Assembly: GCF_009914755.1 (NCBI RefSeq)
Contig: NC_060934.1
Direction: 5' to 3' (one strand)
Source of the DNA: the human T2T-CHM13v2.0 reference genome, Homo sapiens
DNA: 64,000 nucleotides
In this document: piece by piece, positions 11,957 through 25,403 of the stretch
How positions within the stretch are numbered: the stretch's first letter is position 1
Layout: the number at the start of each line of letters is the position of its first letter
Translations under genes and position numbers: made by a program
Notes under the pieces: model-generated
Told to the model about the DNA's origin: nothing
The model's input: only the letters and a program-made list of their open reading frames with translations
Database searches by the model: none

Positions 11957-12450
11957 CTGCAGTGGCTTCATACAAATCAATTTAACTAAGCTGAGATTAC
12001 ATTTTCAGAATTCCCTTCGCTTTGTGGCTCTGAGTTAGCGTTGGCCACAAGAGCAATGTGCATGGAATTTGGAAGGCATGAGTGAAGGAGTAGATGTGTT
12101 TTATGCTATGAAGGTCACTAAAGGCAGATACTATTACAGATCACACATTTTCACTAATCTACTGCTTACCTTGTAAAGTGAGGCAGTTGATAGGCCCACA
12201 GTTCAACCAGCTTCCACTCTATTTTGTTAGCTTATCTGAATCCCAGGACAATGTGTGTGAATCTCTGTGGTGAAGGGCACCTGTTTATAGAAGGTGAGAA
12301 ACAGATACAGCTCTCATGGTTTCAGACTTGTTCCTGAATCTGTCACTTTGTGTCTATCTTCCTGTCCTGATTACTAGCCTTGCTGACTTCAGTTCCATAG
12401 AAAACAGACTTAAATTGCTTAATCAACTACCACAGTGGAGTTAGGTTTAA
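11957..12450 (+). mobile_element. ERVL-class LTR (MLT2E/F-like)
   Basis: 'tgcagtggctt...actaagctgagattacattttcagaattcccttc...ttggccacaagag...tttggaaggc' resembles old MLT2-family LTR 5' ends. Confidence 0.5.
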
Positions 12451-12889
12451 ACTCTTTAATTATCTAGTTCCTCATTGACAAAATAGGAGAATTGTGTCTA
12501 TGCTGATTTATAGGGTTGTTGTAAGAATACAATTAAAGTAAACTGTTTCCAATTATGCGGCATGCTTTCCTAGGTACTTTTGCAGCTACACTTTTATCAC
12601 CCATATTCTAATTACAGTGGAACACTCACCATTACCTGCATATAGATTGAACTACCGTTTCTTATGCCTTTGACATTCCAAGATATGAGAGATGGCATTC
12701 CAGGCAGGTAGAGAGGGCTAATCAATGAGCCCTTTTAAAGTTGATTTCAAATACCAAACTTTTCGGAGATATTTCCTTGAATGCCTCTTGTTCATAATCA
12801 ATCATTTATTTTCACGTAACTGCCTAGGATTCTTGTCAAAACGTCAAATTAGGCATCTCATACAAGACTAACTACCATGAAAAGCCTAT

Positions 12890-13025
12890 TTTGAGTCTGC
12901 CTTTGCTACTAGATTGTGTGCTTCTTGAAGACAAAGACTTCAATCCCTCTTGCTCACTGCATGGTCTAGCACAGTATCTTTATAATCACTGGCACTCAAG
13001 ATGTGTATCTTGGCTTGAACTGAGC
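12890..13025 (+). mobile_element. L2 3'-end fragment
   Basis: 'ctactagattgtgtgcttcttgaagacaaagact...tctagcacagtatct...gcactcaa'. Confidence 0.5.
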
Positions 13026-13536
13026 CAATTACAAGCACAGAATTGTTTTGAATATATAAGACACACTTAAAAGCAAGCCTCGTATTTTGAAATCTTTTAC
13101 TTTGTTGTTAGTTTTGCCAATTATGCGGGATATATCAATGTAATGATTTTTAATAAGATTCCTGATGAAACTATTTGACAGTAAAATTGGGGCAGTCAAA
13201 TAACAAATGTTTTATGCCTCAAGACTGAAAAACATGAATATTTATATTACAAGAAGGAAATTGTATAGAAATTGTTAGACGAAGGACCACAATTTATATC
13301 GACTTACGTGGAAACTTGAGTTCCTTCCATTCTCTGACAAAGACAACCTTCATTATAGGAACTTGAATTGTTAAATCTGAATTCTTGACAACCCAATCAA
13401 TTTTCCTTTGTTAAGAAGCAGATAGGCACTCCCACCTTGACTGGATATTATCATCACTATAATCTGCATGAACCCCTCCAAAAAGCCATTCTATGTTCCC
13501 TCTCATTCATCTTAGTAGAATCAGAATTTAAGGGGG

Positions 13537-13557
13537 GTGTGTGTGTGTGTGGGTGTA

Positions 13558-13598
<41 letters not shown>
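13537..13598. repeat. (TG)n microsatellite, interrupted
   Basis: About 62 bp of gt repeats; uninterrupted from 13561 to 13598. Confidence 0.97.
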
Positions 13599-13600
<2 letters not shown>

Positions 13601-15258
13601 CATTAAGCACCTATTACATCAGCCAATTCCTCTAGTAGATTTGTGATGTTGACAGGATTGTTCTATAATCTTTATCATACAGATAGTAAGCTAAGGCTCC
13701 TACTGTTGTTCTCTGCTGCTTGCAGTGAGTTTTGCCTTACATTGTAATTCAGAAAGCGGTAACAGTGGTAAAACTTAAAGTTTAAAAAAGTACTTAAAGA
13801 CACCCTCTTATTGTCTTGTGCTCAATCTGAAGAAGCCCTTAATGCACTCAATAACAACATGATTGTACATAAATTTGGTATCCACAGATTTTCCTGAAAG
13901 CCTGAAAAAGTCACCTTGCACTCCATCTCTCTTTTTTCTTAATCTGTCAACCCAGATGCAGGGAAAGTGTTCATTAATTACTGTTTTTAATGCACAAACA
14001 TGAAATCAGTGAAAGACATTTTGCCTTTCTGCAAATGTAGAAACTAATCATCCTCCACTTCTTACACATTTTAGAGTATAACTAACTGTAAGGCAAGATG
14101 CAGCCCTTTTTTCCATCACTTGCCTAAGCTGCGTTTACTCCGCCAATAAATTTAAATATGCTCAGTTTTCAGTTACAGTAGATTCACCATGGTACCACTG
14201 CAACTGGAAATAAATACTTTCATTTCAGCAAATTCTAGAAAAGAGTAGTTTATTATACCATGCAAGTACACTTTTGACACAACCTTAACTATGCCATTAG
14301 GAGAGACATGATAATAACCCACCCACAAGAGGATTCTTTTAAGCAAGGAGCCTGTGCATAATGGGTAGAGGAATGAAGAGGCCTGAAAGCAAAAGCAGAG
14401 TTTGAATCAAATGGAACTAAGTAAACAATTTGGGGCAATGTAAAATAAAAGCAATTTAAAACAAGAGCTTTAACTGAATTTTACAGAAGCAAACTGAATA
14501 AAGTAGTTAGGAAAATGGATATGGTGTTTAGCAAAGAAAAAAAAAAGATACTGGCACAGATAAATTAGGCTTGTCACATGTAGTTTCAATTTTTGATGTC
14601 TTGCTTAAAGAGATGAGCTACACTTTGTTTTCTTCACAAGTTCAGGAATAAGCAGACTAGTGTCTTGATTTTATTTGCCTAAATAGTTTGGTCATTAAAG
14701 GAAGCAGGTATCTTTTAAATACATCTGCAGAGTGATAGTGGAAAGTATTTAAAACATTAGAGAACAATCTTTAGCATGTAATAAGACCTCTAAAGTTTAA
14801 AGTAGTAATTCTCTCTATTCCCCTGTGCTGGCATTGCCCTTCTAAATCTGCAGTACCAGAACTGGCAATATTTGAACGTTAATGTAAGATAAACCAACAA
14901 GAGACTGATTTTGATCAGTTTATCTTTGATTGAGAATGAAATGTGAAATCAGTGGGTTTGTCCCTACGTGGCCCAGAAGCTCTTCATCCATCAAGAATGT
15001 GTTTATTTTACTTATGTCTTATACCTTTTAATTGTCTTGCCCAAAATAATTTTTGAATATTACTTGTGTAAGAGTTGGGTACAATAGGTACCATGGGATC
15101 TTATAGAACCATTTATCTCATATATGTGATTTCATTTATGGGAAGGAGGAAGGAGAGAGAGAAAAGTGACAGGGAGAGAGAGAGAGAAAGAAAGAAAGTT
15201 TTTCAATAGTTTAGAAGACACTTTCTACTGCTTCCCCCAGTGAGTATCTGAGTTGGAG

Positions 15259-15430
15259 CAGTGGTTATCCACGTGCTGTGTCTTCTGCTGATCAGCAGCA
15301 TCAGCATCACCCAGGAGATGAAATGCAAATTCTCAGGACCCACCTACATCCACCAATTCAGAAATTCTGTGAATGGGGTCCAGTAATCTGGGTTTTAACA
15401 AGCCCTCCAAAATGATTCTGACCCACAAAT
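15259..15430 (+). mobile_element. MER5A (hAT-Charlie MITE)
   Basis: 'cagtggtt...cagcagcatcagcatcaccc...gaaatgcaaattctcagg...ttttaacaagccctcca...tgattctga'. Confidence 0.85.
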
Positions 15431-15840
15431 AGCTGTCTCCCTTGGTGCCATTATGGGATGAGTCTAACGCCATTTCCACATCACATCCTATAAAACATTA
15501 ATATCCTCATGAATTTTCTCTTTTTCCAGTTAAATATCTTCCATTTAAAATTAACAGTTTTCAAAGGCCTTTTCTCTTCTGGCTAGTAACTTAAAATATA
15601 ACCAATTGCCTTCTCTCTCTTTAAAAAAAAAAAAAGACACCCAAAACTAAAACAGTTCTGGAAGTATGTTCTATCCGGTACAATTGAAAAAAACATTACT
15701 TTCCTCACACTTCCATTTAATAAAGTTTAAAGTCACATTATTATTATTATCATCATCATTTTTTGGCAGCCACTGTTTCCTGATTATTTCTGTGAGCTCA
15801 CTGTTCTTATAAATTCATCATTGATAGAAACTCCTAAATA

Positions 15841-16207
15841 CATATGGTCCCCGACTTATGATGTCTTGATATACAGTCTTTCAATTTTACAATGGTCCAA
15901 AGTGATATCTATTTAGTAGAAACTACTTTGAGTACCCATAGTATCATCTGTTTTTTTTTTTTGTTTCCATATAATGTTCAATAAATTACATGAGATATTC
16001 AACACTTCATAAAAAAATAGGCTTTATGTTGGATGATTTTTCCCAACTATAGGCTAATGTAAATTTCTGAGCATGTTTAAGGTAGGCCGTGTTAAGCTAT
16101 AGTGTTTGGTAGGTTGTGTATATTAAATGCATTTTTAACTTAGGATATTTTCAAGTTACAAAGGATTTATTGGGGGTATAATCCCATTGTAAGTTAAGGA
16201 ACATCTG
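15841..16207 (-). mobile_element. MER47A (TcMar-Tigger MITE)
   Basis: TIR-like ends catatggtccccgacttatgatg and cattgtaagttaaggaacatctg; TA upstream; internal 'ttcaataaattacatgagatattcaacact'. Confidence 0.85.
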
Positions 16208-19200
16208 CATGCATCAAATATTCCACTAAGACAGACTAAATCAATCCTAATTCCCTTTTTTTCTTTTGTTCAGTTTTCCCTTTAGCTCAGTTTTTCTTCC
16301 ATATTTATATGTGTATGCTTTTTCATGTGTTCATGTTTCCAACAAAATCAATGTACTCTTGACTCATATAGGTATACATACAACTTTCGTAGCTATCTTA
16401 GCACTAGAACAGGGGTGGAACACATTGACAAGCATTTATGAAGGCAACTATATACACACTTCACTATATATATTTTTTGTTTCCTTAAGTGATGAACTGA
16501 TTTCTAATTCTCAAAAAATTGACACAAATCTCCCAACCTTTTCATCAAAACATGCCCAACTTTGGAAGTTGCAATCTGTTCCTAAAACCAGGTGGGTTTT
16601 AAAAACTCTCCTAATTAACAGTTCCAGGAACCATGTCATTAAATGTATTTATAAGCAGAAAGCTTTTTCTCATGATATGAACCAGGATGAGAAGAGATGA
16701 AGCCCTGGTGTCTATTTCTGTCTCTGTCACTGACTCACCCTTCATTGCAGTGGAAAGCCAATTAACCTCCCCCAGTTTCTCCATTTGTGAAATTTAAAAA
16801 ACATCACTGGAAGGCTGAGAAAATGAAGGTTGTGGAAACTTTAAATATGTGTAGATAAAGGGTTTTGTATTAATGTAAATTCTAATATTTAAAATAATAG
16901 ACTAAATTTGGGTAGGAATTACTTATAACTCTCCAAACCATCTTATCAGCACTAGTATTTGTTTGGACTTCTATTAAACCTTTAAACTGAAAACCTTCAA
17001 ACAAGTTGTATTTATGTAATTACATACCTAACTCTTACTTAACTCTTTAATGAAACAATGAAACTGTGGTAAAAATGTATTGAGCATGACTAGTAGGTGA
17101 TGTAACAGCATAAAGCTTAAAACTTGGTGAAATTCAGATTGGAATACTTTATTGGCCATCCCTCAATCTACTAAATTCAAAATCATGAGAGTTCTGGCAA
17201 TGAACTGGCAATTTAACTTACTTAGCATAAATTAAAACGATATTATGATCAAAATATCATCAGAAGACATGCATAGAGCTGTTTGTGTAAAAAAATTTGG
17301 TTAAATTTCTCTCTTGCATTTTATTCTTACTAGAATTACATTTTCAAGATGTCTTTGTAGTCTTAGGCCAATGTAGATTCTTTCATAGCATTCTATTTCA
17401 TTATTTTAATTATTTTCATGATCTGTATGCTTTAATATCTAGATTTATACACATTCGACTAAGTAATCAAGCCCTCATCAAGGGTATCTTCTTTCTGAAT
17501 ATTTCTTCACCCTTTCAAAAATAAACCAAACAAACTCTTTGATCCCTTTATTTCAAGTTAGAGTGATTCTGTGTAAGAATGTGTCTCTTTAAAACACTGC
17601 TTTAAAACACTAAGCAACACTTAAAATGTTCATCTGCCTCTAAATTGAAGAAAAAGTTATAAAATCAAATTCTATGAATAAATAAACGGTAAAGTGGTAA
17701 ACTAAAAGATTTATCTAAGACCATTAATATGGTGATTTTTTTAAATGAGTCTTTTCAGTTCTAGGGTTTTTGTGTAGCTTCACATAAAAGTTCTAATAAG
17801 CTCAATAATTAGCCAATTTCTAAAGGAAAACTATTGCAAACTTATGATAGCTCCTTCTCTTACTGAAAGCAGATTTTTTAAAAAAACAGATGTAATCAAT
17901 AATATATTTGATTAAATAAATTTCTCCTGGGTCAGCACTCATTTCTCTCTTTCTCTGACACTCCCTTCCTCTCTCCCACTCACACAGGCACGCACAGCTA
18001 AAAATGAAAAGGCTGGACAAGCCCTGGGAATAAAAGTCACAGCATGTATGAAACCCAAAGCAATAGCTAATTGAAAATACATATTACTTAATCCTTTGTT
18101 CTGAGTAAACTGAATTAGAATAGTTTAAGGATTCAGATCCAAATGGCCTAGGAAAATTTCCCAATGCAGGAAACCCAATTTCCGCCTTGTCTCTTTGAAA
18201 GCTCACATAATGGTCTACCAACTCTGGGAAGATTTTCTTGATCAATTTAGCGTGCGAATATTAATAAAATTTGCATCATATTGACTCATAAATAATCACT
18301 ATTGCCAAACACTACAAAATAAGAAACTCATCTGAACATTGAATAGTCATGGTTTCCGAGCACGTACACTTTTTTTTTTAATTATGTATGTCTTTCAGGT
18401 AGAGTGTAGAATAGCATCACATACATTTTAGAAACATTGTAGGTGCTTCCTGTCACAATTTATTTAAACTTTAATTTTAACTTTTGTGAGTCATGGGAAT
18501 TCTACTCTCATTCAAGATAAGCAATGCATAGGTGAGTACAGTTAAGGTAAGCCAGAGAGATGACAGTATGTATTGTTTTTTGTTTTTGTTTTTGTTTTTA
18601 ACTTGTTTGGTTTGTTTTTGGATTTGGAATGAGCAGGAATGATGGCAGGATAAAGTGGAAAGGGATTTGAGAGTAAGAAACAGTTGGACTGATGGATTAT
18701 TCAGATTCTAGGTTGAGTATGAAATTAAGTGAGGCAGAGATTAAGATACTGGAATGACATATTAAAAAATGAAAAGTTAGGAAAGTATGCTGCAATTTTT
18801 TTAAAAAAAGGAGCTAGGGGGCTGAATGCTAGAAGAGTTAGAGATCCTCGTTTTTGCTGAGCCTGGCACACACTTAAAATCCTTCTTTGAAGAGTATTCC
18901 AGGCAACCACATCTGATTGATACAAGTGTGCAATTGAAATGAAAAAACAAAACAAAACAAAACTATTTGGTTTCCATGTTTTGATTTAGATCCTTGGATG
19001 GCTAAGTCTGCTGCCTTTGAAGGCAATCTGTTGAGTCATTTCTCAGCAATGCATGTCAAGCAGTGGCATATAAGAACTTGAGTGATTATATCTGTATCAA
19101 CAGCCTTATATGAGGGAAAACAATCTCACTATGAGATCAGCGAAAATCAAGACTGTGGCATTTACGGAGCAGCAGGAACCTACGAGTTTGTGACAACATT

Positions 19201-19576
19201 TCATTCTGCTGACAAGAACATGCTTAGTTGTGTGTCTTAGACACTTAAATGCCAGCTTATTTATCTTCCTGAAGAAAAAAAAATGTTTCGGGCTGATGAT
19301 ATGAGGTGACATCTACGTTATTGTATCCCACCTTAGTTGTGTCAGCTAAGATGAAATGGTTTTCTACATCACAGCATGGGTCACCATCGGCACCACAAAC
19401 CACAAAGAAAATGCCAATGCTAATTAGAAACAGGTGCTGTTGTCATAGCATGTGGAACCTCTTATCTGCATGGGCTGGCATACTTTCATCTGGGGCCACC
19501 CTTCACATGGTGCTCGCTCCAAAATGATAGTTTCCGGTGTGACAGGATTATGTACTAGGGTAATATTTCGATGCTT

Positions 19577-21525
19577 TCATTCAACAAGTATTTCTTGTTT
19601 ATCATGTGAAAATCCAAGCTAGAAGCTAATATAGGAGACTAAAAGGCAAAGCACATAAAGTTCTTGCCTGAACAAAGTCTATCAGAGGAAATACTTGTAT
19701 TTATCCATCCTTCATATCTCAACAAAAACGTAATTTCTTCTAGTTTCCTCATTAGTTATCATATGCATTTGTTGCTCTGAGAACTTTTGACAGTCAGAAT
19801 ATCTCCCTCCCACTGGCCCTTGAAACTTATGTGGCTATACTCTCAGCCTGTTTGTTTCACCATTATAACCTGAAACCTAGTAGACGCTCCATAAATAATT
19901 TTGAATAAATAAATAAAATCATTACAAAAAGAATAAGTATTTATACTCATTATGTTGGCACAATTCAATGTGCCATTGAAGTTGGAGAAGAAAGGAGTTG
20001 TTTCTGACTGCATAGATCATAAAAATTTTTATGAAATATTTTCAAAACATATTTATTGAGGTAGTATTGCTATACAAAGAACTATACATGTTTGATGTGT
20101 ACAATTTGGTGAGTTTGGACATAGGCAGACATCTCTGATTCTATCACCACAGTCTAGGTAATATCTAATGAAGTGTTGGATATGCTGTGAAGCATTTTAA
20201 TTGGGCTTTAAAGGTGGAGGTCATGGAATGTGTAGAGATGAGATGACGTGACATGACAGAAAGTGGTAAACAGCGGGTGCAAAGGCAGAAAGAAGGCAAA
20301 AGGACCGTTCTATCTATCTGTCTGTCTGTCATCTACCTGTCTCTTTCTATTTATCTGTCTATCTATCATCTATCTGTTTGAATATAGGCTGAATAAGTCT
20401 AATGGAGGTAGAAACGTGGAAATGTGTATTTGGTCCAGGACATGAACATATGTGGTGGAATGATCAAAGGAAAATTTTGGGCTGAGGAGAAGACATTGTC
20501 AGAGCTATGCTTTAGTTGCATTAACCATCGATGGTATCTAATAGGTGAAGACACTAAAGACAATGAAATCAGGTAGAAAGCTATTGCAATATAGACAATG
20601 GGTGTCTGGCAATGGCAATAGGGAGAAAGAAATCTCCAGTTCAAAAGATACTGTGGAGGGACTTTGAATTAGTTGAATATGGAAGTGGTGATATAGAACA
20701 GGGAGGGCTTTAAAAGTATTAGTATATATATATATTTTGTAAAAAAATGAGCAGTTACCATTTGACAAACAACAGAGATTTTAAGCAAGAGCAATGATGT
20801 TTACGGTGGAACATTTATAGAAATGGAATACAATAGGGTTAGGAGTGAGGTTTGTAATTGAAACTATAACTTTGTTTAAGATGATGAGGGAGTATTCCAA
20901 TTGAGATATCACCTGAAAAGGTAGAATGGGATGCCAGGAGAGGTCACAACTAGATAGACTGAAGTGTTAGAGAGAAATTAGTTGTTAGAGAAAAAAGGCA
21001 AATAATAAGACATGTTTAAAGTCAAAAGAGGCAACAGAAGAGGATTTAGTGAAAAGATACAAGTTTAGACAGTGACATACTGATTTTCAGGTTCAAAAGA
21101 ACTACCAGAACGGAGGCTCACATTAGGCTGAATTGGAGTTCAGCAGAGCAGTGGGACAAAGATACGGTCATTGTTGCAGAACATCTGTTACAGAGGAATG
21201 TATAGAATCTAAGAAGGGAAGTCAAGAAAGACACACTCCAGAGGATCACCGCCATTTGAAAAGAATACAACAAAGGGGAATGTGGAGAGGTAAATGTGAT
21301 GGGCTATTCCAAAAAGTGAGGTAACAAAGGGAAAAAATGCATGTTCAAGCAAAAGGAGATGATAATTTCAAGAAAAAATAAGTTGTCATCAAAAGCTTTA
21401 TTTGATATTTATTTGATATTTGCCATAATAATGTCTACTAAACTAAGGACTCTTCAGTTTCCATTTTAATTGGAGAGTCAAAAGGTCATTGGTATCCTTA
21501 GAAGACCATTTTTTAAAGGGGTTGT
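19577..21525 (-). mobile_element. Fragmented L2 LINE with nested fragments
   Basis: Reverse L2 tail 'tcattcaacaagtatt' plus purine-rich L2 body motifs ('gtagaaagctattgcaata', 'aggtcattggtatcctta'); a plus-strand L2 tail lies at ~19780-19918. Confidence 0.5.
20043..20165 (-). mobile_element. L1MB/MA 3'-terminal fragment
   Basis: 'tttattgaggtagtattgctatacaaagaactatacatgtttgatgtgtacaatttggtgagtttggacata'. Confidence 0.65.
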
Positions 21526-21549
21526 TATTAGCTATTTTTTTGCCCTTTC

Positions 21550-21720
21550 TTTTTTATTATTATTTTAATTGAAAAATCATAATTGTGTATGTTTTATGAG
21601 GTACAATGTGATAGTTTGACTATAGTCACCCTGTTATGCAACAGATATCAAAACTTGTTGTATCTGTCTGAAACTTAGTACCCTTTGACCAATAACTGCT
21701 CATTCGCTTCCTTTGCCACC
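21550..21720 (-). mobile_element. L1MA 3'-terminal fragment
   Basis: 'ttttaattgaaaaatcataattgtgtatgttttatgaggtacaatgtga...actatagtcaccctgttatgcaacagat...gtaccctttgaccaa'. Confidence 0.7.
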
Positions 21721-22249
21721 ATCCTTTCTTAACAGAGCTCTTGCTGACTAGATACATGATCTTGGGTTTAGGAGAAAGAAGTCACTTTAAAAAAATTTAA
21801 AAGGCTAGTGTTTCTTTATTGAGTGTGGTCGTGATGGAAAAACTGATGGCCAGATCGGAAAAGGTTGTGTTTCCCTAGATAGAGCAAGAGTTCACTTTTA
21901 ATGATGAGGTAAATTAGTCATAACAGAGGGAGAAGTCAGAGCACTGGAGATAGGCAGAGAGACAGACTGAGAGAGAGAACAGTGGCTAATGATGTAAAAA
22001 GATGTCTGGAAAGTCAAAATCACTGGCCTCAAGATAGCGGTAAGAGAATTATTTGGAAGAACTTCTATTCTCTCTGTACTCAACTGTATTTCCTTCATTA
22101 TTGTCTTCAGGAGGAAAAAATGCACATCTCAGAGTTTTTAATCCAAACTCTCAATTTCCTTTGTTAGAAGAAGATAATGTCATCTGCTAGAGAAGAGGCC
22201 TGAGGAAACAGAAAGGTCTGAAATAACCTGTCATCTAAAATGTATGTTA

Positions 22250-22440
22250 GTGCAGTGGTTCAGAGCATGAGCCTCTCAATAATGAAAAGAAAGAGCTCCT
22301 CCCTCACCCCCGACATACTGCTTACTTGCTATGAAGTCCTCAGAAAGTTACTTCCCAAACTAAAGCAGTTCTGTTTACAAAACAGGGGTAACAATCACAC
22401 CGTGTAATATGGTTTCTGTGAGAATTCATTGAATTAAGAG
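22250..22440 (+). mobile_element. MIR fragment
   Basis: 'gtgcagtggttcagagcatgagc...cttacttgctatgaagtcctcagaaagttactt...ggtttctgtgagaattca'. Confidence 0.55.
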
Positions 22441-23604
22441 TTAAATTTTACTGAGTAATTTCAATATTTCAGGTTGTATGGCAATATCTTTAAATGTATT
22501 TTCATTTATATTTCCATATTTTAATTTCCTAACTTGATTTTAAGCATCTATAAAGGTAGGCACTGTACCTTATATCTCTTTGTATGCTTAATTGTGCTCA
22601 GCATGGAGTACTGCACAGAACATATGCTTTAAATATAAAATCATAATAACTTTGAAAATATATCTTTCAGTCTATGAGTTAGTAATACCAAGGAATTCTT
22701 ATTATAAGAAAGAGGCCAGAGTTGAACCACATATCTCATGACCGTATTTATTTTTAAAGCAATGTCAAAAAATGCTAACTTACCTTTGTCCTCTATTGCA
22801 GTTTTATCATGAGCTTATAGTTTAAACTTATGTTACCTTTGCAAAATTTGTAAGGCTTAAAGGCATGTATTTCGACTTAATTTTTATCTGCATAAGATAC
22901 ATATCTTATTTGCCTTGAATCTAAGTTTCCTTGTTTCTATACTTCAACGGTCCTCTTTCTATTAATCCTTGTCCTAATTTTATGAATTCTAATCTTATTC
23001 ACTCTTGGTCAAAATATATAAACTTAGGCATCCTAACCACTTTAGTCTATCCCCTATGGAATATATTCCATCCGCTTGGATGTTTTTTAGCTACTCTCCC
23101 CTAGGTAAGGAAATGAATCATAACTTATGTTGCAATCACAAGAATTGGAGTTGTCCTCCCTCAGAATCCACTGACATTTCTAACAATAAGTTTTTAAAAA
23201 TAAGTAAGAATTCAGATCCAAATGGCATATGATTCAGTTCTACGGTTTTCTGGGATATTTTCATGTCAAACACAATTAGAATTAGAAGTCTTTGGGTTTG
23301 GTGGGAGATACATAGTTTCATTTCTCTTCTAATTTATATATTAAAACATGGCCTATTAAACATATTATAGATGGAGAAGGCCGAAGAGAGCCTCTTTCCC
23401 AGTGATTTTTAAAACATTTTAAATAAAATACAACATTTTGGCAAATGAAACATTGGTGGAATCTCAACAAATAAGTCAAAGCAATTCCTCCTTCATCTGT
23501 TTTAAGTGGGGGTCACGGCCCTTCCCTTTTAGATTCTCCTTACTCACATTTCCATGTGGAACACTCCATATTTCTGCAGAACTTCAGATGTGAAGAACAT
23601 AGTT

Positions 23605-23758
23605 TGAAATCCCCTATCTTTTCCAACCATTTAAATTTTACAGATGAATTAACACGCCCTGAAAAAGGACTGATTTTGATGTACTAGCTCTTGAAATAGT
23701 TGGGACCAGAATCCAGATATCCTAACATCTATGTCAGTGTTTATTCCATCCTATCACA
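23605..23758 (-). mobile_element. MIR fragment
   Basis: 'ttccaaccatttaaattttacagatga...gggaccagaatccagatatcctaac'. Confidence 0.5.
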
Positions 23759-24511
23759 TGATTCATTGGCTTGATCATCCCCAGTGACCTCTTCTGGTTT
23801 GGCTTAAGCACTGGACTCCTATGAACCAGTCCAAGGTTTTGTTAGGAATGAAAGAGAAAACAGGGAAAGATGTTGAGCAGACGACAACTGGCCATGTCTG
23901 CAATGAAAAACCCAGAACCCAGAGATGAATCACTCTTGCTCTAATCCATCATTCCAATCTTTTATTATTTTACAACATTTTAAGATTCTCTTCAGTAAAA
24001 ATATACCTAAATAGCCTAATTGTTCAATTATAATATACGCAAACTAAGTAAAATTTGGTGCAGAGGTTTCTGAGAAATCTTTTGCACTCCTAAGCAAAGT
24101 GTATGAATGCAGTTGGCACTGCTGTTTTCTCCCGTACTTCTATCTTAAATATGTATAGGATGGCTATCACCATCACAGGTCTCCTGCAAATACCCTTGCA
24201 AGCATAAAGAAGTAGCAAAATAGAATATGTCTTGATCTTTGACATTATTGACAGACATAAGTAAATAATCCTCCTATTCATTTAAACTGTGATAATCCAA
24301 GTTTTAATTTTTATTGTTGTCGTTATTTGGATAACTGACAAGTAGCATCAATTCTACTGAATTTTCATTTTTCCAAAGGAAACCTGTACTATAAAAAGAT
24401 GTTTTTGAATTATCGATTCCTTTCACACTAGTACGTTCTCTATTTAAAAAAAAGAAAAATATATATATGATGTATATTCCCTGCTATTGTTTTAAATTAA
24501 AACTTGGCACA

Positions 24512-24816
24512 GGCCAGACATGGTAGGTCATGCCTGTAATCTCAGCATTTGGAAGGCTGAGACAGGAGGATTGCTTGAGCTCAGGAGTTGTAGCTCAGTG
24601 AAGGCAACATAGTGGGACCCTAACTCTACAAACATAAAAATAAAAAACTTACGGCATGGTGGTGAACATCTATAGTCCCGGCTACTCAGGAGGCTGAAGC
24701 AGGAGGATCACTTGAGTCTTGGCATTCTACGCTGCAATGAGCCATAATTGCACCACTGCACTCTAGTCTGGGCAACAGAGCAAGACCTTGTCTCTAAAAA
24801 CAAACAACAAACAAAA
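24512..24816 (+). mobile_element. AluJ
   Basis: J-type 'ggaggattgcttgagctcaggag' and 'ggaggatcacttgag'; degenerate TSD taaaacttgg on both sides. Confidence 0.93.
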
Positions 24817-25102
24817 TAAAACTTGGTATGTCATACATTTGTAACTTGCATCAACTCTGACAACCTCCTGTATTCAAAGCGTGTATGTATTCGTTTCAAT
24901 ATTTTCAAGTATTCTCTATGATCCAGAATCCAGGATACGTGCTGGGAACTTGTTACTGTGGTCAAGGGGGTCATGATCTAGTCAATAATAGATACAGAAA
25001 GACAGCATATTAGCTGCAATCTTTGGGAAAATCCACAAACAGTTTTTTAAAGAATAAACTTTAAAACTATAAATGCTAAACAAATATGTAGAGACAAAAT
25101 AA

Positions 25103-25403
<301 letters not shown>

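Noticed and set aside
16266-16700. 144-aa ORF
   Set aside because: No ATG start (TTG), hydrophobic composition driven by T-rich DNA, no recognisable domain, and it runs into a MIR-like fragment.
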